Of a stretch of DNA of 64,000 nt, positions 12,445 to 26,500 are shown piece by piece (position 1 is the first letter of the stretch; the number at the start of each line of letters is the position of its first letter). A program made the translations under genes and the position numbers. Source of the DNA: Schmidtea polychroa (Eukaryota); assembly GCA_044892525.1 (NCBI GenBank), contig CM097885.1, forward strand, positions 42,038,001-42,102,000, in the 5' to 3' direction. Under the pieces are notes generated by a model, which saw nothing but the letters and a program-made list of their open reading frames with translations, searched no databases and had not been told where the DNA came from.

Positions 12445-13204
12445 AGTAGATGGATTGGGCACCGCTAGAACAGGACTCCGCTGGCACAATACCCCCCCCC
12501 CCGGCGTAAAAATTTTTCTAAGTCTAAAAGTACATTTTTTTCAAGGTCAGCTGTAGAACAAAGACATATGACTCATCAAGGACATTGAAACAAAGACCAT
12601 GACTCATCCGATGACTCATTAAATTTTCAAGGTCAACTGTAGAACAAAGACATGACTCATCAAGGTCAATTTTTTTCTTCAAGGTCATTTAAACAAAGAC
12701 CATGACTCATTCAAGGTCATTTTCAAGGTCATATGAGTCATCCGATGACTCATCAAATTTGCAAGGCCAACTGTAGAACAAAGACATATGACTCATCAAG
12801 GTCAATTTTTTTCTTCAAGGTCATTTAAACAAAGACCATGACTCATTCAAGGTCATTCTCAAGGGCATATGACTCATTCAAGGTCATTCTCAAGGTCATA
12901 TGACTCATTCAAGGTCATTCACAAGGTCATATGACTCATACTATGACTCATCAAATTTCTCAAGGTCAACTGTAGAACAAAGACATATGACTCATCAAGG
13001 TAAAAAAAATTTCAGGGTCATTTTCAAGGTCATCTGAGTCATCCTGTGACTCATCAAGGGCATTTTCAAGGTCTCATGACTCATCCAAGGTCATTCCCAA
13101 GGTCAAATGAGTCATCGCGACGAGTCATCAAGGTCATATTATTATTTTTAAAAATATTATTATTTTTATTATTATTTTTAAAAAATATTATTATTTTATT
13201 TTTT
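12445..13204 (+). repeat. Left TIR of Polinton 2
   Basis: Reverse complement of ~38675-39363; dense TCAAGGTCA and TGACTCA motifs. Confidence 0.92.
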
Positions 13205-13207
13205 ATT

Positions 13208-15770
13208 TCATGCAATGGCCTTTTCACGGAATTGTGTAAAATAATCTGCGAGGAGAAACACATCAAGTTTAAGGTATGTTAACATATAGTCTAACATATT
13301 GTTACAATTTTGTTGAGTCCAAATAACTTGGGCTAATTCATATTCATCATTAGACACAGAATCCCAAATAGGAGGCAATTCAAGAGTTGATTCCAGGACC
13401 TCAAGAGATGTAGCGAAGTCATAAGGGAAGATATCTTTGGCTCGAACAATTGCGCCATCAAAAACAGAAGAAGTTAAAGGCAGATCGGAAAGAGTCTTAA
13501 CGGCTTTTGCAAGTGATGAATTAACAAACTGCATGCTGTCAATAAAACGAACAGGCAATTTGTTAATGTACGCGATGAGAGAGATAAATTTTTCCGTAGT
13601 GGTTGGAATAATATTCAATTCCCAAGAAGGAAAATTATTCAAACCATACTTCAAAATATGATGGAGGTCATATCCCCTCAAATTGTGAAATACAACAGGT
13701 AACTGTCTCTGAATTCTGCGAGACACATTACATTTCCTACAGGCAGCAACAAGATACTTACCTGTGAAGTGACAATGGTCCCTAACTCTATCTCTAATAA
13801 ATTTTTTACAAAGATAGCAGGTCCTGGAATTATAAAAGGCACGATCTTCAGCGAAAGACAAGGTTTGCATAGGCTTATTACCGTTAATTTCGTAATATGG
13901 CAGGACAATTGTGACAGCAATTTCCTCCACCTTATGCAAGAAAGACAACACGCAATCCTCACCAACAAACTCATAATAAAATCTAGTTTTGTTATAATTG
14001 TTAATTAGTAACATGCCTGCTGTTATTGGCATGTGTTTTTGATGGTGGGTGATATCCTCAGGTAAAATCGCCTCAAAATCGGCATATATCACGAATGGCG
14101 GGGTTACTGTTTTTGCATAGTTTGAGAATATTAAATTTTTCTCTTTCGGTAATGTATATAAAGTAGAACCTATTTGATTCTTACGGCATAGGTCTACATG
14201 GATATCATAAGCGCTCCTATGTCTGAAGCCATTAAGGCAATGTGGGCACCATTTGACGTGAATCCAAAGGTGACAGGAGCTATTTGGGTGTGAATTCATA
14301 AGTTTTTGAAAATCAAAAACTGCGGTGTAATGAAAATTATCACCGTCTTCTAATAATAATAAATATATGGGGTTACCATCTATAACCTTAGATCGGTGAA
14401 TAATATCTAACTGGGGATGATGAGGGATATAATCATCATCATTGTTGATAGGTTTCGCTGGTTTTTTTCTATATATTAAAACGTTAATAGCTAAGTAAAG
14501 TTCACGGTTTTTGCGTTCGAATTTAGGTATGTTACTTAATCTCATCGGGCAATCACTAATGGGGTCAAAATTAGTTTCATCCAAATAATTTTGGTAAGCA
14601 CTAACTCGATGCTTATTTCTGCGTATAACATCACGCTTTAAGAGGGCTAGAACACTATATATAAAACACATATCATCATCTGTGTTCTGGATATTGACAA
14701 TAGCTTTTTTAGACTTTAAAGCCGCTGGGGTGGGGATATAACTATGTCCAGCTAACCTATTTATAATCTTATACTTATTTATTATGAAGTCAATTTCTTT
14801 TATTTTAACAACCCGCCATCCGCTACCTAAATATGTGAATTTTTCTATCTTATTATTTAATTTAGTGATGCCATTGATTAAAAAGTTTTCTGAAAAAACT
14901 TCGGCGTTATTGGAAAAGAAATTATCCTTTAATTCGCCATCTTTCTCAAATTGTATGAGAACCGTGAACTGAATTTTAACGGGCCCCATACCGTTCATTT
15001 CTGATACTAGTTTTTGAATAATTTTTGGTGTTATTGCTATCTGTACTAAGGCGTCTTTCTCCACGTCAAACCTTAGCCCCCTTAAAATCTAATTCTATTT
15101 CTGGCTCGTCGTCTATATCGACTGAACCGCCTATTTGATTATTATTTAGGATATTATTTAGGATATTTTTTAGGTTATTATCTATTTCACCACCATCATT
15201 AACTTTAACAATTTTAGATGGAACACAAGACCCAGGACTAACAGCAGGCCGTTTTTTATTTTTAATTAGATTATTATTTACATTTTTATTATTTACATTA
15301 TTATTATTTACATTATTATTACTTACATTTTGTGCTGTGCTATTCACATTTTTATTTTTATATACAGTTTTATTTACAGTTTTGATATGTTCTGTATTAT
15401 TATTTACATTATTAATTACATTTTGTGCTGTGCTATTCACATTTTTATTTTTATATATAGTTTTGATATGTTCTGTATTATTATTTACATTTTGTTCTGT
15501 GCTATTCACATTTTTTTTATATACAGTTTTGATATGTTCTGTATTATTTAACTCATTAAAAAGCCTCTTTTTATTTGAAGGAAACTGATTTAGATGTTTA
15601 CTATGTATATTATAAAAATCTATATATTTTATAGGTTAGGAAGTCTGGCATAGTGGGCATAAATAGTATTTGATTCCATAGAATTTATGCCCATAGTATT
15701 TTTTCATGTTTTTGTGACATACTTTAGTATGCCCAGTCGAAGAAACGCAATAGCGAGGATATAATTTGCC
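13208..15770 (-). pseudogene. pPolB N-terminal half (terminal-protein and exonuclease region), truncated at the TIR
   Basis: GSGW, IVNIQNTDDDMCFIYSV, IYADFE, VRDHCHFTGKY, HNLRGYDLH, FIDSMQF, FPYD, YLKLDVFLLAD. An in-frame stop at 15066-15068 separates the Asn-rich repetitive N-terminus; polymerase motifs A-C are absent. Confidence 0.9.
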
Positions 15771-17759
15771 TATTAATAAATTTATTTAATAATTATCTAA
15801 ATATTGTTGTAATATAAAATGTTTAATATCTTTATTAACAATTGTTAGTAGTTATTCAGTTTTTTATTAGACAATAATTATAAAACGGAATAACTATTAA
15901 CAATTATTAATAAAGGGTATAACTATATTATTAGCAGTGTTGGGCTAGAACTGATTTCTAAACCCAAAGTTAGGAATGGGACGAAATGTGTCAGTACACA
16001 ACACGCATACCCAGCATTAAGTTTACTTAAATAAAAATATATAAAACACCAAGTAAACAATGATAATAGAGAGATAATATACCCAAAAATAAAACATCTG
16101 AATTAAAAATAAAATAAAACACGAGCAAGAAGTATTACACGAAAACTTACTCAAATATAACCGAAAGACATAAAACAACAAAAAACAAATTCGAATAAAG
16201 GCGATTAGTAAAAATTAAAAAAGAAAATTAAAGAAAATCTTCATAAAATCTTACGTAAAGAAAATTATATCGATGTTTTGAATAAAAATCCAGAACAATT
16301 CATAAAAATGGCGAAATCCATCATGACGGCCAAACGACCCAATAAAATTTATAAAAAATAAATATTCTAGTTTAAAAAATAAATATTTTAGAAAAGAAAT
16401 CATAAAAAACAATTAAAAAATAAGAAATAGATTGAATTTAGCATGGACTGTTCTGGAAATGCTGAAATCCATCATGGAGGCAAATTTAATAAAAAATAAT
16501 TCGAAAATAAAATTTCAAAAATAAAAACAAAAATTCTTACTGAAAAATCGCCATCAGAATCGATAAAAATTAAAAATCGAATGTTCGAGAATTAAAATAA
16601 TCTGAATTTGTTTTACTGCATCAATGCACGCATGTATACTTACACGTCAAACAGAGGCTATATAAACTAACACATTTCGTCACTTTTAAAGCAAGGAAAA
16701 AAAATGAAAATGAATATTTTTACTCTTATGCCAAATTTTTGATTTTGATTTTTCTGAGATTGTAAGTAAGGACGATTTCATTGTGAATTATAAATTATTA
16801 TTATTGAAACCTTGTTTTCATTATTTCTATTTAATTATAGAGGTGTAGATTTGAATGAGATCGTCGGTTATCAATGATTTTGAAGCGAGATCCCAGCCAA
16901 ACCTGCACCTATGCACTTTATCATTTATGAATGCACAGTTCATAATGATTTCGGGTCATCGACCCTACATGCACTAAAATCATAATCTTAACCAGAGGTC
17001 GCCACGAACTATTGGTGTTTAACCATGAGTAGGGCGTATAAATCCTTCTTGGTAGTTGGCATAGTCACAGGGACTATGCGGACGAAATAATTATGGGAAA
17101 CTAATTGTGGATACATATTACAATAGGGCCTATCGTACCGTACTCAGTGTAGTCGGGAAAGTAGGTAAATTTTTATTAAATCGACCTTTTCGTTAACTTA
17201 CATACCTAAATTAACACTTAAATTATACTATTTTGCACACAACATTAGGAACTGATAAACGGGGAATATCCCCTGACTCAAATTTCACACAATACAACAT
17301 GCTAGTGTAGCTGGTTATTTCTAAACGAATCCCTCTTAAACTATAAATTCAATGTGAACCTAAGAAACTAATTAACTCAAAATAACAGGGAGATCCCTGC
17401 GCAAAATTTTTTTAAGGCAATTAAAGACTTAAAAATTTTGAACCATTCCCTGTAAGAATACTGCAACCTAAAGTTCATGCGATGAGTAGGACCTAAGATG
17501 ATATAATCTCAATCGCACTGGTAAGCGAACTAATATCTATAGATGCCCACAAAATAATCTATTTTGATGCAAACTAAATTTCTCTATCGTAATGGTCTTG
17601 GTATGCGCAAATTCCCGTAGACATATTGATAAAGTCTCTTTAGCTATAAACTACTAATATTATATCTATAACTTATAAGTTCGGGCAACATCTTCACATT
17701 ATTCTACACTAAATTGAATAGACTCTAAACTAACTATAAAAATACAAATCGTAAACCCA

Positions 17760-18350
17760 TAAAAGTATAAATTATCCTCTCAATTTCATAAAAATGTAAA
17801 TTGTACTTATAGATTTAATTTCTTCAAAATATAAATTATGATTAGTTATAAAAGTATAAATTATAAAATTTTATTAGCTTTAGAAATATAAACTATAAAT
17901 TTAACTTCATAAAAATATAAATTATAAAATTATATTAGCTTTAAAATATAAACCATAAAATTAACTTCATAAAAATATAAATTATAAACTTAAAAATATA
18001 AATTATAAAATTATATTAGCTTTAGAAATATAAACTATAAATTGAACTTCACCAAATATAAATTATAAACTTAAAAGTATAAATTATAAAATTATATTAG
18101 CTTTAAAATATAAACCATAAAATTAACTTCATAAAAATATAAATTATAAACTTAAAAATACAAATTATAAAATTATATTAGCTTTAGGAATATAAACTAT
18201 AAATTGAACTTCACCAAATATAAATTATAAACTTAAAAGTATAAATTATAAAATTATATCAGTTTTAAAATATAAACTATAAATTTAACTTCATAAAAAT
18301 ATAAATTATAAAATTATATTAGCTTTAAAATATAAACTATAAATTTAACT
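17760..18350. repeat. AT-rich degenerate tandem repeat within LTR A
   Basis: Repeated AAATATAAATTATAAAATTATATTAGCTTT / AACTTCATAAA units; counterpart at ~50160-50720. Confidence 0.8.
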
Positions 18351-20535
18351 TAACTTAGATTGCCTTTAACATCATAGTTGAAATTTTTCATCAAAGACCC
18401 CCCATAAACCATATAGTCATCAACTACCACCTAAATATACTAAATTAGCTTATCTTAATATATATTTAACTTATATTATATTTTAAAATATAAATTGAAA
18501 ATTTTCATAAATGACCCCCCTTCAAATCATGTAGCCATTAACTATTCCTTAGGTATACTGAATTGTATCATCTTCGTATAGAGTCAAATTGTATTTCAAA
18601 CCAAAAAAAAAATAATAATAATTCCATAAATTTTCGTAAATGATCCCCCCCATATGTAGTAATCTTATAAAAATATAAATTTACATTTATTATTATTATT
18701 ATTATCGTTATTATTATTGTTGGGCTAGAACCGAGAATCTAGAGCTTGTTTTAATGAATCAAAAATACATAACATAAAAATCGCACTAAGTTAAATCAAA
18801 ACACCAATCAATACAAATTAAAGTACATAACACATTGATGATAAATAAGACCCGGGTGATAAAATAAAGGAGCGAAAATAAAGGTCGCAATCACTAACAC
18901 AATTAGGAGAAACATCGCATTCGGAATATCTAACAACTAAAAATTAAAATAATAATAAATAAAATAATGGGTAATGAATTAATTAATAATATGGGAAATT
19001 TCTAAATAAATAAATTGAAAATTTAAAATAAATTATCTAGTAAACTGGAGAAATAATAAAAAATGTAGAATGAAAGTAGTAAAATTAGATAAACCATAAA
19101 ATTTATAAAACTAAAACTAAAAATAAAACCAACAAAATTATTTAAATTATACAACTTATAAAACCAAATTGTTTAAATTAATGAAACTAAAGTAAAATTA
19201 ACTGAACTTATTTAAATTACAAAACTTGTAAAACTAAATTAAAAATAGCAAAAAACTATTTTGATTATAGAATTTATAAAAATAAATCTTAAAAGTTAAT
19301 AAAAATTAGAATTTTGATTAACTAAATTAATTAAATTAAAAAAACAATAATTGCACACATGCATGCATGCATGCAAAAATTAACCAGAATTGCCTCGCAT
19401 TCTAATTGGATATAGTAGCAGAGAATGCGTAGGCGTACAATTCAATCAGTATAAATACGGATTGAAATTTCAGTTGTTCAACTGGTTAAATTAGTTTTCA
19501 GTTTTACACAACAAATCGTTTGTCAGGTAACGAACATATGCTCTCAATTTTCGATTTTATGCCCTTGTGGATTGGACTGGTAATTTTATTTTAATGTGAA
19601 ATTTTAGGTAATGTTTTAAGTTAAATAAATTTTATATTCAATTTAGTTTAGTTTTTTTTTCATTATTGTTTAATTCCATTTAGTTTCAAGTTTGAAATAA
19701 TAGTTTTTATTGAGTTCATTTATATTATTTGTTGATTGTGAACGATAGTAACGTGGAGTTGAGGAACTTCATGTCAGGGCATGAGGTGCCTTCGGGAGCT
19801 CAGCCGGTGGACATGAGGTTCTTCAATTACGCAGCTGGATTGGGCCGAAATGTGGGGGCTTCCTCACGGGTCCTATCGCTGGAAGTACTTTGGCCAAACA
19901 TAGGTTAGGACTGAGAATACAGGCAGATCCCTGCTCAAATTTTTTGAAGTACAATTTAAATATTATGGGAAGCGCGGATTAACTTGGAAATAAGGGCCAA
20001 TCCCTGCTCAAATTTTTCAAAGGATAATTTAGATATTGTAGGAAGTGTATAACAATAATTATTAGCTGGAAAATAAGGGCCAATCCCTGCTCAAATTATT
20101 TTTTGCGAGATAGTTTAAATATTCATAAATACCAAAAGAAATACCTAGCAACCTTTATTAATAGAAAAATAAGGGCGCATCCCTGCACAAAATTTTGAAA
20201 AGAAAACAATAGAAAACAACTAGAAATGAAGACCATAACCGAATGAGATAGAAAAGTAAAAATAGAAAATGATCAATGACGTAAGACCTTCTATCGGCCG
20301 TCTAGAACCCGAAGAGAAAATACAATGGGGAGTAGTTTTAGCAATAGAGCTCACCTGCTCATTGTTTTTTCGCCTTTGTGTACAGTACCAACATGCTCGT
20401 CGCCATGGGTACACAAATGGTTAAATTGCAATAGTCATGGAGGTGCTTAGGAAAGAGTCGAGTGAATATATATGATTACCCCTAATGCATTTAAAAATTT
20501 AAAATGACACACCCCTAAGTAACCAACATGATTTT

Positions 20536-20553
20536 TGGGGGCTCAGCCGGGAT
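20536..20553 (+). promoter_or_regulatory. tRNA-Pro primer-binding site of element B
   Basis: TGGGGGCTCAGCCGGGAT matches the canonical Pro PBS TGGGGGCTCGTCCGGGAT at 16/18 positions. Confidence 0.85.
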
Positions 20554-23500
20554 ATTATATTTACATTTCTTTGATGGGAAAAACCACAACCAAATAATCA
20601 TAATGAATTCGTAATAATAAAGTTCGAAAATTTATTGTTTCCGAAAAACCATGCTCAAGTAACAATAGATTGCACTCGGAAAATTTCCGACTTTCACAAC
20701 AAAAACGAAAAATTGGGTAAATCGGAAAACTAGAATTTAAAATTTATAAAAATAAGTTAATCCAGAAATAAAATCAATTGGAGTCAAAAGAAATTTTAAA
20801 ATAAAAATTATAGTATTAAGAAAATTAAATAGATTGAAATAAAATTTAACTTAACTATAAAAATAGAAATTTAAAATAAAAATTAACTTAGATAAAATCA
20901 CAAAAAGTAAATTATAAAAGCATCAAAAGCGAAATCAAAATACAAAAATTAAATTCGAAAAGATTTATTTAGAACCAAATACATCTAGGAGAATCAGAAC
21001 GCGTAAAGTGTATAAAAGTGAGATCACCAGAAAATCGCGTAAAAATATTGGACGAATTTAAATAGTATAGCGAAAATATAATTGACTTACCTTACAATGA
21101 AATAAATCCACAGAAATTCATCTAAAAATTGATCATAAAACAATTCGAAACAATGAGGTCGATCACAACGTAAGATCTGAAGTAGGGGTTAGCAACCTCG
21201 TAACCGTACGAAGCAAAATACAAGATAGAAAAAATTACTGAGGTATTAGATACCTAATTAGAAAATGATATATAAAAATCCAAAATTAAAAACGAAAGTA
21301 TAGAAAATAAGATTTATTAACATAGAAAATTAAAGTTTTTTTTATTTATTAAAATGTTATCATTTACATATAATCCACATAAATTTGTTAAATGGTTGAA
21401 ACTCATACCTCCAATTCTATTATCATATTATATCACCAAATGTGGCAAATAGAAAATTGTTTCAGGACCAATAGGTCTGAGATAAATTCCATCGAAGTGA
21501 TTTACAAAATCTGGTTCTCTTTGAGGCATATAGTGACAATACTGCGAAGCCGCAGAGTGAATAAGAAGGCTTTTCGACTCCTGCCCACGAATCATTAAGT
21601 TTATGGGAGATTTGGAACTTGGAGAGGTTCTAGAAATGATTTTGACAGCATAATCCAAGTAGCAATATTTTTATATCTGGTAGGCAGCTCAATCTTCCGA
21701 AGGCTTCATTCCAATGTTCGATACCAGAAGTGTGAGGAGGATACTTGTTGGATTGGATTGACTTGCGTGTGTCGGATGAAATGCGATCCAGATATGGACA
21801 ACTTCCACTCGAAACATTGAAAAATAAATATTTCGTTCAGTAAGAAATTCAGTGAATCATTGTGAAATCCATATTTGATTGGTCGATCCATAGTTTTACG
21901 CACATTCACCCATTGACATTCTTCTTGTTGGGTTTTTCAGATGAATGAGCTAAATCCAGAAAAGTTTCTACATAATCAAAAAATTAATCGATAAAAAATA
22001 GCAACACATAAACTTACCGGTGTGCAAAAATTTAATGTTCAGAGTGTTGAGATTTTACTCTGGCAGAAAATTTTGGATGGATTGGATTGTGTGCTCTCTC
22101 GCCGGTTACGTATTTATTGTGTGTGTAAGAACCGGCAATTCCGGTGTGCGAATTTGGGGTGACATGACATGTCACAACTTGTCACAACAAGTCCAATTTG
22201 TAATTGACGATGTATGCCAGTCTGAGTTTTCTCATGAGGTCAGTGAACAAACACACAGACAATTGGCACAGATGTACTCGCTTTCCATAATTCTCTCTTA
22301 CTGTACGTATGCATGTACGGGTTGTGTGTATGCATAACATAACCTCGGTCAACTCTCATTTCGAAATAAATTTATTATCTCACTTTGTGAAATGCCGCTA
22401 TCAATATTTCATTTTGATTGAGAGACCACTCAAGAGCGGCGCTGGTGGCATTAGGCCACAATTTATCTGCCAATCAAGTAGGCGGTCCGTTTGATGTGTC
22501 AGTAACAAATAAAAACAGACCCGACAATCGTAGTTGATATTTCTACACACACACGTGTACGCATAAACACTAGAAGATATTCAGAGATCTCTCACATTCA
22601 CTGAAGGACTATTGAAATGTCTGTCAAGTGCAGACAGGATGATTGGCATAGTCGAGACAATTATATCAGAGAACTGTCGGCTAGTGTTGCACCAAAGCGC
22701 ATTTGATTCTGTTCTGTCCCGGTTGGAGTTGTATAGTGTGCGCTCTAAAGTTGGTGTGCGCATTGTTGGTGTGAGATTTGGATGCAATATGTATACATGT
22801 ATGAATTGTCTACGTTCCTGAAAATCAGCCAATCAGAAACGAGATGTGTAACAATTATTTATTTCTCGATTTTAGATTTCATTTCTTGTAGATTTGGATT
22901 TTTGCTGTAGTGTTCAGATGAAATTGAAATTTTATGAGATTTACAAAACGAAAATGGAATTTGTTTTTATTGATGCTGACATGTCTATCAATTGGAATAA
23001 TGATTCGAATATTTACTTTTGAAAATGATGCTGGAAATTTGATTAGTTCTTCTATTCATTGTAATTCCTCTCGGTTCGTTTTGTTGGTTTTGTCGATGTC
23101 GAGTAAAACTTTGAGCGACTAATCAAATCTTACATAAAAGACCATCAATGAATATCCATTTGAATTTTTCCCAAATCAAATCCATCAATGCGTTGATAGT
23201 CAGTTTATTTTTCTGATATTCTGGATTTAGGTGTAGTTAGTGAAGGTATGTAATCTCGGTAATGTACTCATTACCCAAAAGCACATTTAATTATCATAAC
23301 TGAGACATTCATTTAGCTTTGCCAAATAGGCTTTGTTTTGGATTTAGTTAATTTTAAGATTTTTTGTAAAAATAATGAATAAAGAAGTAAGATATTTATT
23401 TGTTTGTTCTGATGTACATTGAATTTTTCATGGTTTATCTAAATTATCAAGAATTTAGAGAAGAATCTTTAATATGGTTGTTTGTGTGATCAAATGATAA

Positions 23501-26500
23501 TCAAATGCCGGTTGGTGTATCGGCTTCTGTTACACCATAAATTTATTCCAGTAGATTGTTTCTTTATGTTCACGAGAGCGACTTTTCAGTACAGTATAGT
23601 TGGAATGGTTATATATATGTTTTATTGATTTTATGGACTTTACTAATTAAAGCCAGTATGTTTTATAAGTATTTTAAAATTCAGTTTCTAATAAAATTAT
23701 GTATGACTTTCTATTTTTGATTTAATTGGTTAAAATAAAACAGAAAATTGTCAAATTTGCATGCATGAAAATGATTATTAATTATGTTACTATGGCATTT
23801 TGTACTTGTATATAAATTTATATGCACTTAAATAATTACTGTTAGTCAGTAATGGGATAATCAATGTATTGCTTTTGTGGGCACAAATAGAGATATTCTT
23901 CGTGGATTAAATTGCATTGGAATGATGAATTAGTAGTCTGTTTTGAGTTTTTTTGTGGAATGATTGTTCTGACTCGTGATAATATTTATGTTATAAAACT
24001 ATGAACTGAATTTTTGAACAAATATTGCCAAATTGGTGAATGAATGTAGTGATGGTCTTCGTAGTATGGAAACTTCTTGGAAGGTACACTGATAGATGAA
24101 GATGTAATAGTATGAATGATTATATGCATATGATATATAAGAATGTATGGATTAGAGGGTTTATGAAAAAGCAAGCTACATATGATTCTGATATTGAGTT
24201 GTCGATACATACAGTGTATGATAAGGAATGTTTAAACCAATTATGCTCTACATGTAATACTTTCTACACATACCAAACCAAGGGTAGAGTACCCAAGGGT
24301 GTTAAAAGGCGTCGGTAAAAGGAAAAGATTAAACCCTAAAAACGATTGAATAAGCATTCAAATAAAAAATACGATAAGACTCGACAGATAACAAAGCACC
24401 AAACGTTAAATAAAGCAAATGATAACCATGCCTTAGCTTCTGCAAATGTGAATCTGAGACGAACGACATTAAAGATAAAGAGATGAGTTTACCAGACGAA
24501 ATAGAGCGAATCAACAGATTCTACTGAAAGTAAAAGAAAGTGAAGACATGGAAAGACATCGAAACATCACGAATAGAAATAATAACTATATATCATCAAC
24601 ACCTAGAATGAACAAAAGCGTTAAGTAAAAGAACAAAAACAAGAACTAAACTTGTCTGTAAGATAGATGAAGGGATAAAACTCGCTGGTAACTCGAAAAG
24701 TAATATGAACCAAAGACAATCGAGAATAACTATTAAAAAAAAATAAAATAAAATAAAATCACAGTATAAAAATGGAGCAAAAAATAAATCGAAATAAAAT
24801 CTCCGGGACAAATACACGAGAACTAAGTTAAAGGGCAGTGAAAAACTTTACAAAATAGGCGAACATCACAGACACCAAGGGTACGTAGAAAATGAATTCT
24901 AAAACTTATGTAAAGCGACTCGGGAGAATAACAAAGTATATACAGAAATCAATGAAAGTAAATATACAAGGTACGAGAATAACATGATGGATATCAACGA
25001 AAAAGATCCAGCGAAAGAAACCAGGGAGCTCAAGGTTAGCCAAAGTAATATGAATATACAAGATAGTTATACATACGATGCTCATATTAATAACCGGAAC
25101 GAACTATGAAAAACTATCCAACGTCAAAGATAGAGAATGAGAAACAATTAGAACCAGACGGGTGAAATATACAGCAAATGAAAGAGTACAGAACACTAAA
25201 CTAAGAACAGTGAAAAGAGATCTAGAAAGTATCACGAATTACGAACCCACATACATAGAAAAGGTTATGACTATATATAGTGTGAACAATGAATATATAA
25301 AGGTATATGATTATATAAAATTATAAGTATATATATCAGCGCGGTATAATTAGTATATAACTTCGGGAAGTAAAATAAAATAAAATTCAGATAAAAGATT
25401 ATGAATCAATATAGGTGAATTAATAGAATGAAACGGATCACAATGGAAATCAATCCCAATACCACCACAGGAGAAATATGGAAGCAGAAAAGCGTCATAT
25501 TATCGTAAATGGCATTAGCTATACAGAAGCAAGGAATCTCATAGAGGAACAATCTAATCGAAAATTTGAACAATGAATTTGTTCGTGAGAGAATAATCAA
25601 GGACCAGAGAGGAAAAATTGAACTAAAGTGAAAAGAAATAGAACAACTCTAATGATAAAGTTAAATGCAAGAAATGAACTAATAAGAATAGCTGGGGAAA
25701 TCAAGGAGAGAAAGATATGATAAAAATGCAACGGATAATATCAGACGTGAAAAGGAAACGGGAAAAGGAAAATGCAGGGAGCTGAAGACGAAATACAAAT
25801 AGTTATAACAATTACAGCATTATATTCATGGAAAATAGTCATAAAATGAAGCATTCAATATACCGATATGGAGGTGGAATGAGTAGAAGAACACTTGTAC
25901 CGGTGGTTTCTGTTGCGTAAAGGAGAAAACAACGAACTATTAGCATGGTCATAACATTGAAAAGAGACGAGGACTAATTGTATATAAATAATTGCATATA
26001 TCGGTGTATACACCCCAACCAAAATGATATATAATAAAAGTAGAGGACGGATCACCATAAACAAAGATAAAATAATGCGAAAAATCAAAAATATTAAAAT
26101 CTACGCCTATTTAAGAGTAAGGAAAATCAATCAGAAAAAATGGACGTTTGGCAAATATTGTAGAGAGGACACGAGAACAAAATACTGAGAACCGAGAGAA
26201 CACAAGATAATAAATAAATTAAATAATGAATGTCGGGGACGACATTTGGCGAAGACGCGGAGGAAAAATGAGATCAAACTAAGATAACAACAAACGGGAG
26301 ATCAAGATGAAAGTCAAAATGGACATGAGCAATAATAGGAACAATCGGGAAAAAGTATACAAAAACATGATTGACAGAAAATGAAGAGCACACATATAAC
26401 AAAATAGAATATGAACAAATAAACACAATAAAAAATGACAAGGAAAACACAGAACGAAATGAACAAACATGAAACAACAAATAACAAATTCACAGAAGGA

